64,000 nt of DNA from Cyanidioschyzon merolae (Eukaryota). Position numbers and translations under genes: made by a program. Location of the stretch: the NCBI GenBank assembly GCA_000091205.1, contig AP006494.2; one strand, 5' to 3'. Of the stretch, positions 42,682 to 52,889 are shown one piece after another. The notes under the pieces are model-generated. The model made no database searches, was not told the DNA's origin, and saw nothing but the letters and a program-made list of their open reading frames with translations. Position 1 is the first letter of the stretch. Each line of letters begins with the position of its first letter.

Positions 42682-43281
42682 GTGTCCACGTACAGGTCGA
42701 CCGCCCCGCACGTGCAGCGATCTGCGATCCGCGCCTGCCGGCTGGCGCCAAAAGGGTACAGCGCTGCGGCTCCGACTGTTTCTGCCGCTCGGGAGCGTCT
42801 GGCGGGCACCTCCAACGCCATGGACGACGCCCAGCGAACCGAATATGCCAGACGCATGCGTCGCTTGTTGAGTCCACCCGAGATCCTCATGCCGGACGGA
42901 GAAATTGATCAGGAATTTTTCCTTCCAGCGCGTTTCCGACCAAGCAAGGAGCGGTACTTTGCGCACGAGGACCGAGAGGCGCTGGCGCAGGCGCTTGTGT
43001 GTCACGGTTTTGGCAACTGGGAGGCGATGCGCGTTGATTCTAGACCCTTTGGACTACGGTTGCGCCAGTGGACTGTTGAGGATCTGGAGAACGCGGCAAA
43101 GCAACTCGTTGGCTGTGCAGACATAGGGCGCTATCTTGGATGGCAACCAGCGAACGCCGCTGCAATCGTCCAGGAACTGGAGCAGAACCGGGCGAACGGC
43201 CTCGCGAGAGGCACTTGGGATTCAGTTCGCCACTGGCTGAACCCCGCACTGGCTGCTTCAAACGCGGAACAGCCGTCCTAA
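42682..43281 (+). CDS. Small hypothetical protein with a SANT/Myb-like helix segment (DREALAQALVCHGFGNWEAMRV). The probable start is the internal Met MDDAQRTEYARRMRRL at about 42820.
   Basis: ORF with protein-like composition. The SANT assignment is only a weak pattern match. Confidence 0.4.
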   Translation: MSTYRSTAPHVQRSAIRACRLAPKGYSAAAPTVSAARERLAGTSNAMDDAQRTEYARRMRRLLSPPEILMPDGEIDQEFFLPARFRPSKERYFAHEDREALAQALVCHGFGNWEAMRVDSRPFGLRLRQWTVEDLENAAKQLVGCADIGRYLGWQPANAAAIVQELEQNRANGLARGTWDSVRHWLNPALAASNAEQPS

Positions 43282-43721
43282 CGTGACCGGTTGCGAGAAA
43301 CGCAGCTCTAGCACAATCTGGGTACGAGCGTGGACGGCGCACATGCTCCTGTTCTGTGCCAGTGCGTTTTGCTGAGCGGCTCTCGTTGCGAATACCGATT
43401 GATACGAGCTTGTGAGCTTTACGCGCAGCATCCTGATTATCCAGCGTGAAAGCATAGATGCGGTTGCCGGATCACAGAGGCAGTCTGCGGAACGCAGCAA
43501 CTGCGGTCTGCCACGAGCGCAGGCCGAACACCAAACGCGCATTCAATGTTCATCTTGGGCTATGCATGAGTGGCGCGACGTCGCGGTCCCTAGCGAATGC
43601 CGATACGGATTTTGCATTGAATCGTGCAGCAAGTGGTACGGGACAGCCTTCAGAGCGTAAGCAAGCTTGCCACGAAGCGGAGCGATCCACCAGCAACGCC
43701 GCCGCACTAGAACGCCAACCA

Positions 43722-44816
43722 TCAACTCGTAACCAGCTCCAGCGGCTTGCACATGAGCAAGTGTTCCCGTTCCCCAGTTCGCTTCTTCCACAGTTGAGCG
43801 ATCTCTCGTTCTTGAACGGGTCGGAAGCCAAAGGTTTCGTAAAGTCTCACCCCTGCAACATTATGACGTTCGACATGGAGATACATGGCTTCGCAATATC
43901 TCCTCTGCGTCCATCGTTCGATTTCCCAGAGAACGAAGCGCCCGAGTCCGCGACGTCGGAACCCCGGCGCAATCGCCAGACCCGAGATGTAAACCGAGCC
44001 GGGCTTCCTGGTCTCCTCCAGAGCCTCTCCAGCCGTGCTCTCTTTGGCGACACGTCGTGTCTTCGTCCGATCCGCCGAGAGCAAAAACGGGAACAGGTAG
44101 CCGGGGCCAAACCAGAGTCCATCATCCTCGCATGGGTTTGGATACTCGGTCACATCCGCAGTACCGATGATTCCCTTCGCTGGCAGATCTGCGCCTGCAT
44201 CCGTCCAGGCGTTAGGATCCCGAGGTACCAGGACAAATGTGTGGTTGCGGCCGGGGTTGATCTCCAGCCGACTGCGCATACAGTTGTAGAGTTCTTCCTT
44301 GCGCCGAGCGAAAAACCATGGATCTGCAGCATACGGTGAAAAAACAAGCGTTCGTAACTCAGCAACCGCGGCAAGCTCCTTCCAGCCGTCATGGCGAAGC
44401 ACTTGCCGGAAGAGCACCGACTGGGGCGGTACCCCGCGAGCGCATTTGCTGTTATTCGCGGACTCGGTTGCCGTTGCGCCACCATGCTCGCCGGTGCCGG
44501 CCCCAGTGCCGGCACCTTGGCGCTCCGAGGATAGCGACACCACAAGCGCACCGCGTTCGCCACTGTCTGGGTCCAGGTGCCACAAGAGGGCGTTCCGTTG
44601 CAGACCCCGTCGTGGAGGACACGAAATATTCCGGTTCTGTGGACACGAGCGTCGAATCGTTTGCACCGACTGACACACCCCGGAAGCAGACAGGCGCTGG
44701 TGACTCGTGATGAAGAGCCTCGTAGCTTGCTGCACGAAAGACAACGATAAATGCAGTGCCATTGATACAGGGGCTGCCACCATCTCCCGAGAACTCGACA
44801 TCAACCGCGCGCACAA
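43722..44816 (-). CDS. GNAT-family N-acetyltransferase. Motif A reads VYISGLAIAPGFRRRGLGRFVLWEIERW and motif B reads EAMYLHVERHNVAGVRLYETFGFRP, both near the C-terminus. The true start is probably an internal Met (maximum ORF given).
   Basis: The acetyl-CoA-binding motif (Q/R)xxGxG/A is read as R-R-G-L-G-R. The + ORF 43458..44339 is antisense to this gene and I reject it. Confidence 0.6.
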   Translation of the reverse strand: MCARLMSSSREMVAAPVSMALHLSLSFVQQATRLFITSHQRLSASGVCQSVQTIRRSCPQNRNISCPPRRGLQRNALLWHLDPDSGERGALVVSLSSERQGAGTGAGTGEHGGATATESANNSKCARGVPPQSVLFRQVLRHDGWKELAAVAELRTLVFSPYAADPWFFARRKEELYNCMRSRLEINPGRNHTFVLVPRDPNAWTDAGADLPAKGIIGTADVTEYPNPCEDDGLWFGPGYLFPFLLSADRTKTRRVAKESTAGEALEETRKPGSVYISGLAIAPGFRRRGLGRFVLWEIERWTQRRYCEAMYLHVERHNVAGVRLYETFGFRPVQEREIAQLWKKRTGEREHLLMCKPLELVTS

Positions 44817-45379
44817 GAGAAGGAATTGAAGTGTCTATTGCTTTTCTACTTGGAGAATTGGTTGCTGGTCAAACCGTGTACAGGTGCAAATCCACACGCG
44901 CAGCAGGGACTGGTTGGGCAGTGCGCTGCACGCGCTCAGTGCCGGCAGCGTAGGCTGCGTGTCGCGCTCCGCCCTGGTTGCGAGCGCCGGTTTCCCCGAA
45001 ATCTCGCTCACGTGGCGCTGTTCCTCACCGAGCACAACAGCTGCACCTGACTTGTCAATCGTCTGAGACGTGAATGAGACCCCTGGTCCGGTCTCTTGGA
45101 ACCGTACGGCTCCCGTCTGGATACCAGGGACAGGTACCCGCGCCCGCACCACTGCACAACGGATTGCGTAAGACGGCTTGTGCACGAAATCACGCTGCGG
45201 GTGCGTGCGGCGGCGATCGCCTCGCACGCAGATCGCAGCGTTCATGTGCGCGTGGGATCGCGTGCAGGTCGACTTTGCGAACTTGGATATCGGTGCTCAG
45301 GTTGTGATTGTTTGCTAATGTTATGAGGAGCTGGATATCAAGGGGTATATGTATGCGATTGATTTGCTGTACGCTCTCT

Positions 45380-45590
45380 CTTCTCCGTTTGCAAGTAGGT
45401 TGATCGTTACGTATTCCTGGGGCTTCGTGCCACTGGTAGCAGATGCCTCGGTTTTCATCGCTTCCCTATTTTTATGAACTAGAGGATATCACGGATACGT
45501 ATGCCACTGATGTGTTTCCTTCTGTTTTTCTTCTCCGTTTTTCAATACGTTAGTGTTTCCTGATGCCTCGAGTGCCATCTGCAGGCGTCG
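45380..45590. repeat. Degenerate direct duplication of about 60 bp. tcttctccgttt...tacgt...ttcctg...gatgcctcg occurs at about 45380-45445 and again at about 45523-45580.
   Basis: Read by eye in the GNAT/UPRT divergent spacer. The copies are imperfect. Confidence 0.3.
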
Positions 45591-46894
45591 GGGGATCTTG
45601 ATGGAAGCGGCCAAGTTGCGACTTTGCGGTTTCCGGCCGGCCTCGACGCATATCATGCATAGACGATCGGTGGAATCGACGCATGGAATGCGATTTTGAT
45701 CCTTTTTTCGTATACCGCCTGAGTGCGCTTTTCACAGCGGTGACACGCGGCTGCGGTCAGGTGGACCTATGTACGCACCGCACCTCCGCTTATGCATACC
45801 ATCGATCGGGCGTTAGCGCTTGGTTTGCCGCGCTCTACGCATTATGGACGGATGCGGAAGGCTCGTCTCGATGCTCGCTTCCGTTTTCGCACCCGGTGTT
45901 GTACCCGACGATCACGGGCTTTCTCGGGGCGGTTTCCTCGGTGAGTACGTAATCTGCTGCATACGATGCTTGAGCTGTTCGATGCTGGGAAGGATTTGTC
46001 GAAGGCGATGTTTTCTATGATGAGAAAAGATTCGGAAGAAAACCCGTAATGCTGAGCAAGTCGAGAGATTTCGATCCGTTCGCGCTCGCTCCGCATAAAA
46101 AGCGGAGACCTGCGCTCCTCTGCTAGCGACCTCTGGCGTGACTCGGGCACGAGTCCAAGTGTCGCTTCCATGCGAACAGAAGAGACAGGAGCCAACCGGA
46201 GCACGCCCCATGAGACGTGTCATGGTGGTGCCGTTGAATGACATTTCGTCGATCGCCACAAAAGAGAGAAGGATTTGTATTTCGCACGCACAGGAGTGTT
46301 TGCATTGACATTTTCAGGGAACGTTTGGTATGAGCCAGCGAAGAAATCCTCAAGGATCGACATCGACGTTTTTCTCTCTTCAATGCTGCGGCGCGTATTC
46401 CAGTACCCATGAGGTGCCCTGAGGCAGCAACACCGAGAACTTGAAGAATGCATGATTTTCGTACGCTGAAGATGAGGAACGGAGAAGCGTGGCGTCTTGT
46501 GCGTGTGGGCGTTGCATCATGATATCGCATAGTTTACGAGCCCGTGTTCGAAAGCTTCGAGGATCATCGTGATTCCGGTGACGTAATGAATTCCTTCGAC
46601 AAAGCTTCGAATTCGCTAAGTCAACAGGACAAACGAGATGCTAAAAATAATTCGTATGAATTCGAAAGCCATTATTGCTGCCTATCGAACTTCATGGCTC
46701 TCCATCAAAAAACGTTTGAAGAGAGAATCTCACATCAGCAGCAGGGCGCGCAGCGCACGATTCCGTTCATCGGAGACCAGCATACAGAATCGCAAGTTCT
46801 AGCCAGCTGGTCGCGTCCTCGCTCCAGCGGCTGCAACGGCCGCTGCCCTACATTTCGGTGAGGACTTCTCGTAAATACGCTGTCGCTGGCTGGG

Positions 46895-47620
46895 ATGCTG
46901 AGCGGCGGCACCGAGACGCGCGTAGACCTGGTGCCGCAGACGCCGCAGCTCATCGCTCTGTACACGGTAATAAGGGATCGCCGCACCAGTCGTGGTGAGT
47001 TTGTGTTCTACGCGGATCGAATCATTCGACTCCTGCTCGAGCACGCTTTGAACCACATCCCGCTGGTACCGCGTTCCGTTGTGACCCGTCTGGGTGTCAA
47101 GTTCGACGGACTCGCATACCACGAGAAGATCTGCGGAGTATCTATCGTGAGAGCGGGAGAGGCGTTCGAGAACGGGCTGCGGCAGATAGCGCGAGCCGTT
47201 CGGGTCGGTAAGATCCTGATTCAGAAGCGTGAATCGGGGCAAGCACGTCTCATTTCCGTTCGCTTGCCACGAGATGTGTCGCAGCGATGGATCCTGGTCA
47301 TGGATCCGATGCTGGCGACCGGAGACACAGCGAAAACAGCCATTCAAGTTTTAGTTAAAGCCGGGGTTCCACTGGAGCGTATACTATTCGTGAGCATGTT
47401 CGCCTGTCCGGAAGGCATCCAAGCAGTTCTGGATGCCTTTCCGCGAGTCACGCTGGTGACCGGTGCTATCGATGCTGGTCTCACGGCGGACAAATTTATA
47501 ACGCCGGGTCTCGGCGACTTTGGCGATCTCTATTTCGGAACATGTGAGGATGATCGTGAACCGAGTTTTACGGACTCAGAGCGAGGAAGTTTTGACTGGC
47601 TGGCGCATGCAGAGGTGTGA
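46895..47620 (+). CDS. FUR1: Uracil phosphoribosyltransferase (UPRT/FUR1 family), 241 aa.
   Basis: FVFYADRIIRLLLEHAL matches the UPRT N-terminal signature FxFYADRLIRLLVE. The PRPP-binding loop reads VMDPMLATGDTA and the C-terminal uracil-binding block reads ITPGLGDFGDLYFGT. The length fits the family. Confidence 0.9.
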   Translation: MLSGGTETRVDLVPQTPQLIALYTVIRDRRTSRGEFVFYADRIIRLLLEHALNHIPLVPRSVVTRLGVKFDGLAYHEKICGVSIVRAGEAFENGLRQIARAVRVGKILIQKRESGQARLISVRLPRDVSQRWILVMDPMLATGDTAKTAIQVLVKAGVPLERILFVSMFACPEGIQAVLDAFPRVTLVTGAIDAGLTADKFITPGLGDFGDLYFGTCEDDREPSFTDSERGSFDWLAHAEV

Positions 47621-49286
47621 ACGGACCGCACGGGGCGCGATACCCACCGCGACTGCAGTCCATGGCAGCAGCGCCGCTTCAGGCAGCTTCCCGGATCATG
47701 TTGGCAGAATGGCTTGCAATATTGGGCAAAAGCGCTGCTCATGAGTACGGGCTCGTTTCTGTTACGGATGGTGTGAAAGAAGATTTCCCTGGTACTGTTG
47801 ATGATCATCAGTTGGTGCCAAAAAAGGCGCAGACGCATGGTTGAAAGGGCAAAAAGCTTCAAATTTGTTGACCCAGGCAGAAAGCGCATCTCTTCGAATG
47901 CGTCCATGGATGCATGAGGCGTGCCTGCCATTTTTTGGCTGCACAACAAAGCGATTGAGGTGTGACATATTTGGGTATAGAGATCGTTGGCGTTGATTGC
48001 GGAAGCACCTCTTGCATGATTTCGTGGCTAGGAGAGACGCGTATACAGAATGCAGCCGCCAATGTTCTTTCTGCATGGGCTGGGACCGTTTACACGAATA
48101 TCGCAATCCCCGAATGTACATGGATTATCGGCTTTGGGGAGTGGGTCGACCGCTCCGCTCCAGATCCCCAACGTCCCAATGGCTACCGCCTAGTCTAGCC
48201 TCCATGAGTTATGGTTGGTTCATCGAGTTCTAGGGGTATCGAGCATTCTGTGACTGTCTCTAAAGCGAGCACGAACGCAGCACGGTATCGCCTCGTGCCT
48301 GTGGGCGCCGGCTCGAGGCGTCGTTCGCCCGAAGCAGGATCGATTCTCGTCATCAGTTTGTGCTCCGATTGGTTGCGTATGCAGACCTGCCTTCGCTGCT
48401 GGTCACCCTGGAGAAACTCCGCAGAACAGACGAATCCTGGGGTACCGAGTCTCCCGGCTGCGTGCGTGTACAGAATGTGTCGTCATTTCGTGACTTCGGC
48501 CTTGGCTCGAAATCCACCAGTTTGGAGGCGCGCGAAACGTTGCAGTTGCGTGCTCTTGCGGACGCCCCGGCCTGGAAAGCAGCCTCCAAAGTACTGCTTG
48601 ACATGGGCGTCGGCGCGAACGACAACTTGTGCGGTTTATCGCGCCAGCATGCAACGTGCCCCTAGCAGATACATCCCTACAGATCTCTTGATTGCCATCT
48701 CTAGGCTAAGAAAGACGTGCCTCACGAATGCGCTCACATTATGAGCATAGAATGCGCGGGAAGATGCGAGCAGATACGCGTGTATCGAGTGCACTGCTCG
48801 CCAAGCATGCGACTTGCACGACGTGCATAGCCGCCTCTGCACTGAGCACCTACGTGTTTGCGACGCTGGATATATGCACGAGATGCTTGACCCTGACAGA
48901 GATCAACGTTCACTTTACTTGCCGCCACAGCGATCCCGTGAACCTATTCGATGTTGCAGCGCGTATTGAGCTGACGTTCACCGTAGTTCAATGAAGGATA
49001 TATGCTCTGCACCAATATCTGCTTTTGAAACGGATCGTATGGTCGCACTTTGAATGAACACTTTGAACGATCTACCAGTTGACCCAGAAATAACATCTAG
49101 CGGTACTTGCTTGACGAGGTGCATCAAAGCGAGGGAAGCGAGGCGAGCCTTCCGCGATAAATATGCTACGCGATCCGCTTTGGCGTCCTGCATCTTTCGA
49201 TGCTACGGATGACAGCAATGCGTCTATTGATCGGTGAGCGTAAAACGACGTTTGACAATCGCAAAGACGCCTTCGTCTGGATTTAA

Positions 49287-49709
49287 TCATCGCAAATAGG
49301 CCAGCGCCGAGAGCAGCTCGACACCAAGCCCAGAGGCGCACTCCTCGCCCGGATTTGAGTCATCGAAAACGACGTTGTCATCGCGCAGGACCGGAGAGGC
49401 ATTCGAGAACGAGAAGCCGTGAAGTTCCTCAAAAAGGACGAGGTGTCGAGCAATCCAGTCCGTTTCGCAGCTTGTACTCGACATCAAGACGGAATCGCCA
49501 TTTGGCAGATGTCGTCGGAATGCTCGTGCGTCTGCACAGTGTGAACATGGGTGATAAGCAGTACCTCTTCGAGTACCCATGTATATGTCGATCATTGTTT
49601 CCGCATAAAGTCCCATCGAGTGAGATGAACGTCCGCATCTCGCGTAACGAGCGATCACATCTGCGTCGTCGTTGTGCAGTGCATTGTTCAAGGCGGGAGC
49701 GTTCCCCAT
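49287..49709 (-). CDS. Hypothetical 140-aa ORF (MGNAPALNNALHNDDADVIARYARCGR...YHPCSHCADARAFRRH...). The family is unrecognised. It may be a fragment of a gene with additional exons.
   Basis: The composition is protein-like compared with the surrounding junk frames. I recognise no motif. Confidence 0.2.
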   Translation of the reverse strand: MGNAPALNNALHNDDADVIARYARCGRSSHSMGLYAETMIDIYMGTRRGTAYHPCSHCADARAFRRHLPNGDSVLMSSTSCETDWIARHLVLFEELHGFSFSNASPVLRDDNVVFDDSNPGEECASGLGVELLSALAYLR

Positions 49710-50509
49710 ACAGGAGCGCTGATTTCTCTGTCCATAGGTGTCTCTTCCATACCGATTGTGTCAAAAGTACGGAACCTTGTCATTTTGTGGCATCCTGGCC
49801 GGTATTTCTGATAGAATGTATAGAGTGGGCTTGATTGATGAGGCGGGAGTGGCGTAGAAAAAGTCTTACAGGTTCTGATTCACTTGCAGAATGTCTCGTG
49901 TAGGCTTCAAGAGACGGTTGGCTCATGCGGATCCTGCTTCTGCAAGGACATTGGTGCAGAAGCAGGATCGTTTCTCGCATACTTGCATTGATGGCATAAA
50001 GTGTGTACGCGACCTTTTCCCAATCCACGGGACACATTCTTTTTCCTGAATACTTTCGAGAGAAGCGCGCAAGAACGAAGCGACAAGCTGGTGCAGGTGC
50101 TCAAGAATTCCCTGTTGCCATGATGACGCTCATTGCTGGGGGTGCAAGGACCACTGCGCGGCTAGCTCTTGTCCACAGGCGGTGTTCTATTCCCAGGAGA
50201 TACCTTTCCTGGCTGCAAATGGCCCTGTTCAAAACACAGCTGTTATGAACTAAACAAACACGAGGTTGTCACTGGCGATGTCTGACTGCGCGACGCGCGG
50301 CTCCCTGAACGCGTAGCCCGCCGAGGTACCTCTGGTCGAACGTGGCATAGCGACAGTACTCAGGGCTGCGGGTGCCGATCAAACTCCGTACATCGGAGTG
50401 GCGACTGAAGACCCTCTGAAGAGTACGACTACGCGGCGTTGCGCACGAGATTCGCGAGCTTTTTCAGCTGCCGTTCTTCGGTGGAAACCCCCGTGAGCGA
50501 CACCCGCTT

Positions 50510-51301
50510 GTGCAGCAAACGGAACCACAAAGTTGCCTGGCCTTGTGCGTCTTTGACACCAAGCCCGCTGCTCAGACTCTGCAGTGGATGCCCGAGCTAT
50601 CGCCAGCTTCCATAATCAATTCAGTGGAGCGTGTGCCACTGTGTCCTCCCGGCCTAACGCTGGTTCCAGAGTACCTGTCACCGTCCGTGGAGAGTCGTTT
50701 GGCGACCTATTTTCGAGAGGAGGCGAGTCAGCATTGGATACGCTTATCCAATCGGCGTGTTATTCTGTACGGTCTGCATTTCGTCTCCAATGGGTCGGGT
50801 CATCGTTGTTATACGCGCGTGATTCCGGACCTCATCAGGCAGCTCGCGGAACAACTAGTGGCTGACGGTTACCAGAACCAGGTTGCGAACCACATTCTCG
50901 TGAACGAATACCGTGTTGGTCAGGGTATCATGCCCCATGAGGATGGACCTGCATTTCTGCCGAACGCCGCTATTATTAGTCTTCTATCTGGCACAGTGCT
51001 GGACTTTTACTCGAAAGAGCTCACAGCTCGAAGCAAACCAGTGGCGAGCGTTTACCTACCACCTCGTTCACTCTGCATGATAACCGAGGAGGCCTATACT
51101 TCGTATCTGCACGGCATAGCCGAAAGGAATGCCGATGAGGGTGTCCCTCGGAGTGATCGTATCTCGCTGACATTTCGCTACACAGCCCAGCTGCCGGAGG
51201 CTACCAGAGAGGCCGCAGCGAACCAGGCGCCCCAGGCTGAGGCTCTCTCGCACTCGTCCAAGGAAAAACGTATCCTTCAATTTCTGCAGCGTCGCAAATA
51301 G
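50510..51301 (+). CDS. ALKBH6: AlkB-homologue Fe(II)/2-oxoglutarate dioxygenase of the ALKBH6-like type, 263 aa.
   Basis: NEYRVGQGIMPHEDGPAFLPNAAIISLLSGTVLDFY matches the ALKBH6 core NEYxPGQGIMPHEDGP...ISLGSHTVLDFY and carries the HxD iron ligands. RISLTFR supplies the RxSxTxR 2-oxoglutarate-binding arginines. Confidence 0.85.
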   Translation: MQQTEPQSCLALCVFDTKPAAQTLQWMPELSPASIINSVERVPLCPPGLTLVPEYLSPSVESRLATYFREEASQHWIRLSNRRVILYGLHFVSNGSGHRCYTRVIPDLIRQLAEQLVADGYQNQVANHILVNEYRVGQGIMPHEDGPAFLPNAAIISLLSGTVLDFYSKELTARSKPVASVYLPPRSLCMITEEAYTSYLHGIAERNADEGVPRSDRISLTFRYTAQLPEATREAAANQAPQAEALSHSSKEKRILQFLQRRK

Positions 51302-52889
51302 GCAGGAATGGTTACGCAAGCGCTTGGACGGTTTTGAACTCATGCCCAACGAAAGACATATTGTTCGTGTTCTGCAGCGCTGCAAACTGGTTCGAATGGA
51401 TTCGCAAGAGCTTGCGAGGTCGAGGTCTCCCGCTCGTACGGGTGCAAGTATGCACTGCAAGCATGGCGATCCAGTTGGATTTACAGGCTTCATAGGTCCT
51501 CTGCGTGGTCGGTTTGACCGCTCAATGCCGCCACCGCTTTAGAACGGAGCCCGGCGCTCTGCCTGCAGCGGTGCCAGCAGTGCACTCCTGGTCATTACAG
51601 GGCGTCTCGCGCAGCGACTGGGTTGGTACGGTGCATCTCGTAAAGCATCCGCGACGAAGTTTATCGTTGTGTGACGTTTTCTAGAGCGAAATGCGCAGAG
51701 CGCTGATGTATTTTCTGCTTCGGAAGCATGCACCATATGCATCCTTTTTAATCGGTGGGCGCTGCCACTGGCACGCGGCCGATGGCCTCAGCAACTCAGG
51801 TCAGAGGCTCTGGCATTGTAGGTTGTTATTCAACGACCGCCATCACGAACCAAACCATCACTGTTGCAACCCAAGTCGGCATCGTAACGAGTGCTACCTT
51901 CAGGGAACCGGGTTCGTCCCTTGAACACGCACGAAAACAGCACCAAGGCACGGTAGGGTGCAAGGTGTCGGGTTAGCGTTCCATTCCGAGTACACCCGGA
52001 TACGTGATCGTTGTCGACAACCAGAGAAGGGACCTTCACCCTTCCCTCTACAGATGTTTCTGGATTCCATTCGTTCCCGACTAGCCTTCTCGTTGAGCGT
52101 AGAGCTCAGATCGATCTGGCGACCGTGCAGATATTGGACTACGCTCCACTGCTTACTCATCATTGAAGCGCACCTTGGACAACGTTTCGAGTTTCGAGGC
52201 GCTGGAGCCCCCGAACATCTAGAATCGTGATGCTTGCATGCAACTCGGGTTATATTCAGGCCAGGTTTGTGCATTTTGGACCCAGATTTGTCCACCTGCG
52301 CCAATCGTGTGCATGCAGGTCCAGCCAGCGTCGACTCAGATTGATACGTGAAGCGACGAACGAACCAAATGCGATCCCGTCACCAAGTACCCATAGCTTG
52401 TAGCTACGCATTCAAGAGTCGTACTAGATTTGCATCGGGCTAGAGGTGTCCGCATACGGTATGATATGCTCGTTCCACTCGTGGACTGCAGCACAGCAAT
52501 GTCGAGCATCGACGCTGCGACCATTCATGGCCGGTTGGAGCAGATAGATCCAATTTCACTACCAGTGCCATCATCCTACGTGTCCGAGATTTACAGATCT
52601 ATTCCGTTTCATCGAAGACATGAACACCGCAACTGACCAGTTTAGAAAGATATATCCAATTTCACCGGCAACACCATCGGGCACACTGGATCACACACCA
52701 TCCCTATCCCGCTTGCCGACAACGGTGTTGCAGCGACAAGTCTTTGCGCGGAGCTTGCAAACGTCTGCCTGTTCGCTTGCCAGCTGCTTGAGGCGAGCGC
52801 TGCGGGGCACTCGCAGTACGGCAAAGCGGCAGCGTTTGTCGTCGTTCGCTGAGGCACCGTCCAGGGCACAGCGACGCCGCCGGTGATGC

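Noticed and set aside
43458-44339. The + ORF of 293 aa overlapping the GNAT gene
   Set aside because: The opposite strand carries clear GNAT motifs A and B. This frame has no motif and a Ser/Arg-rich junk composition.
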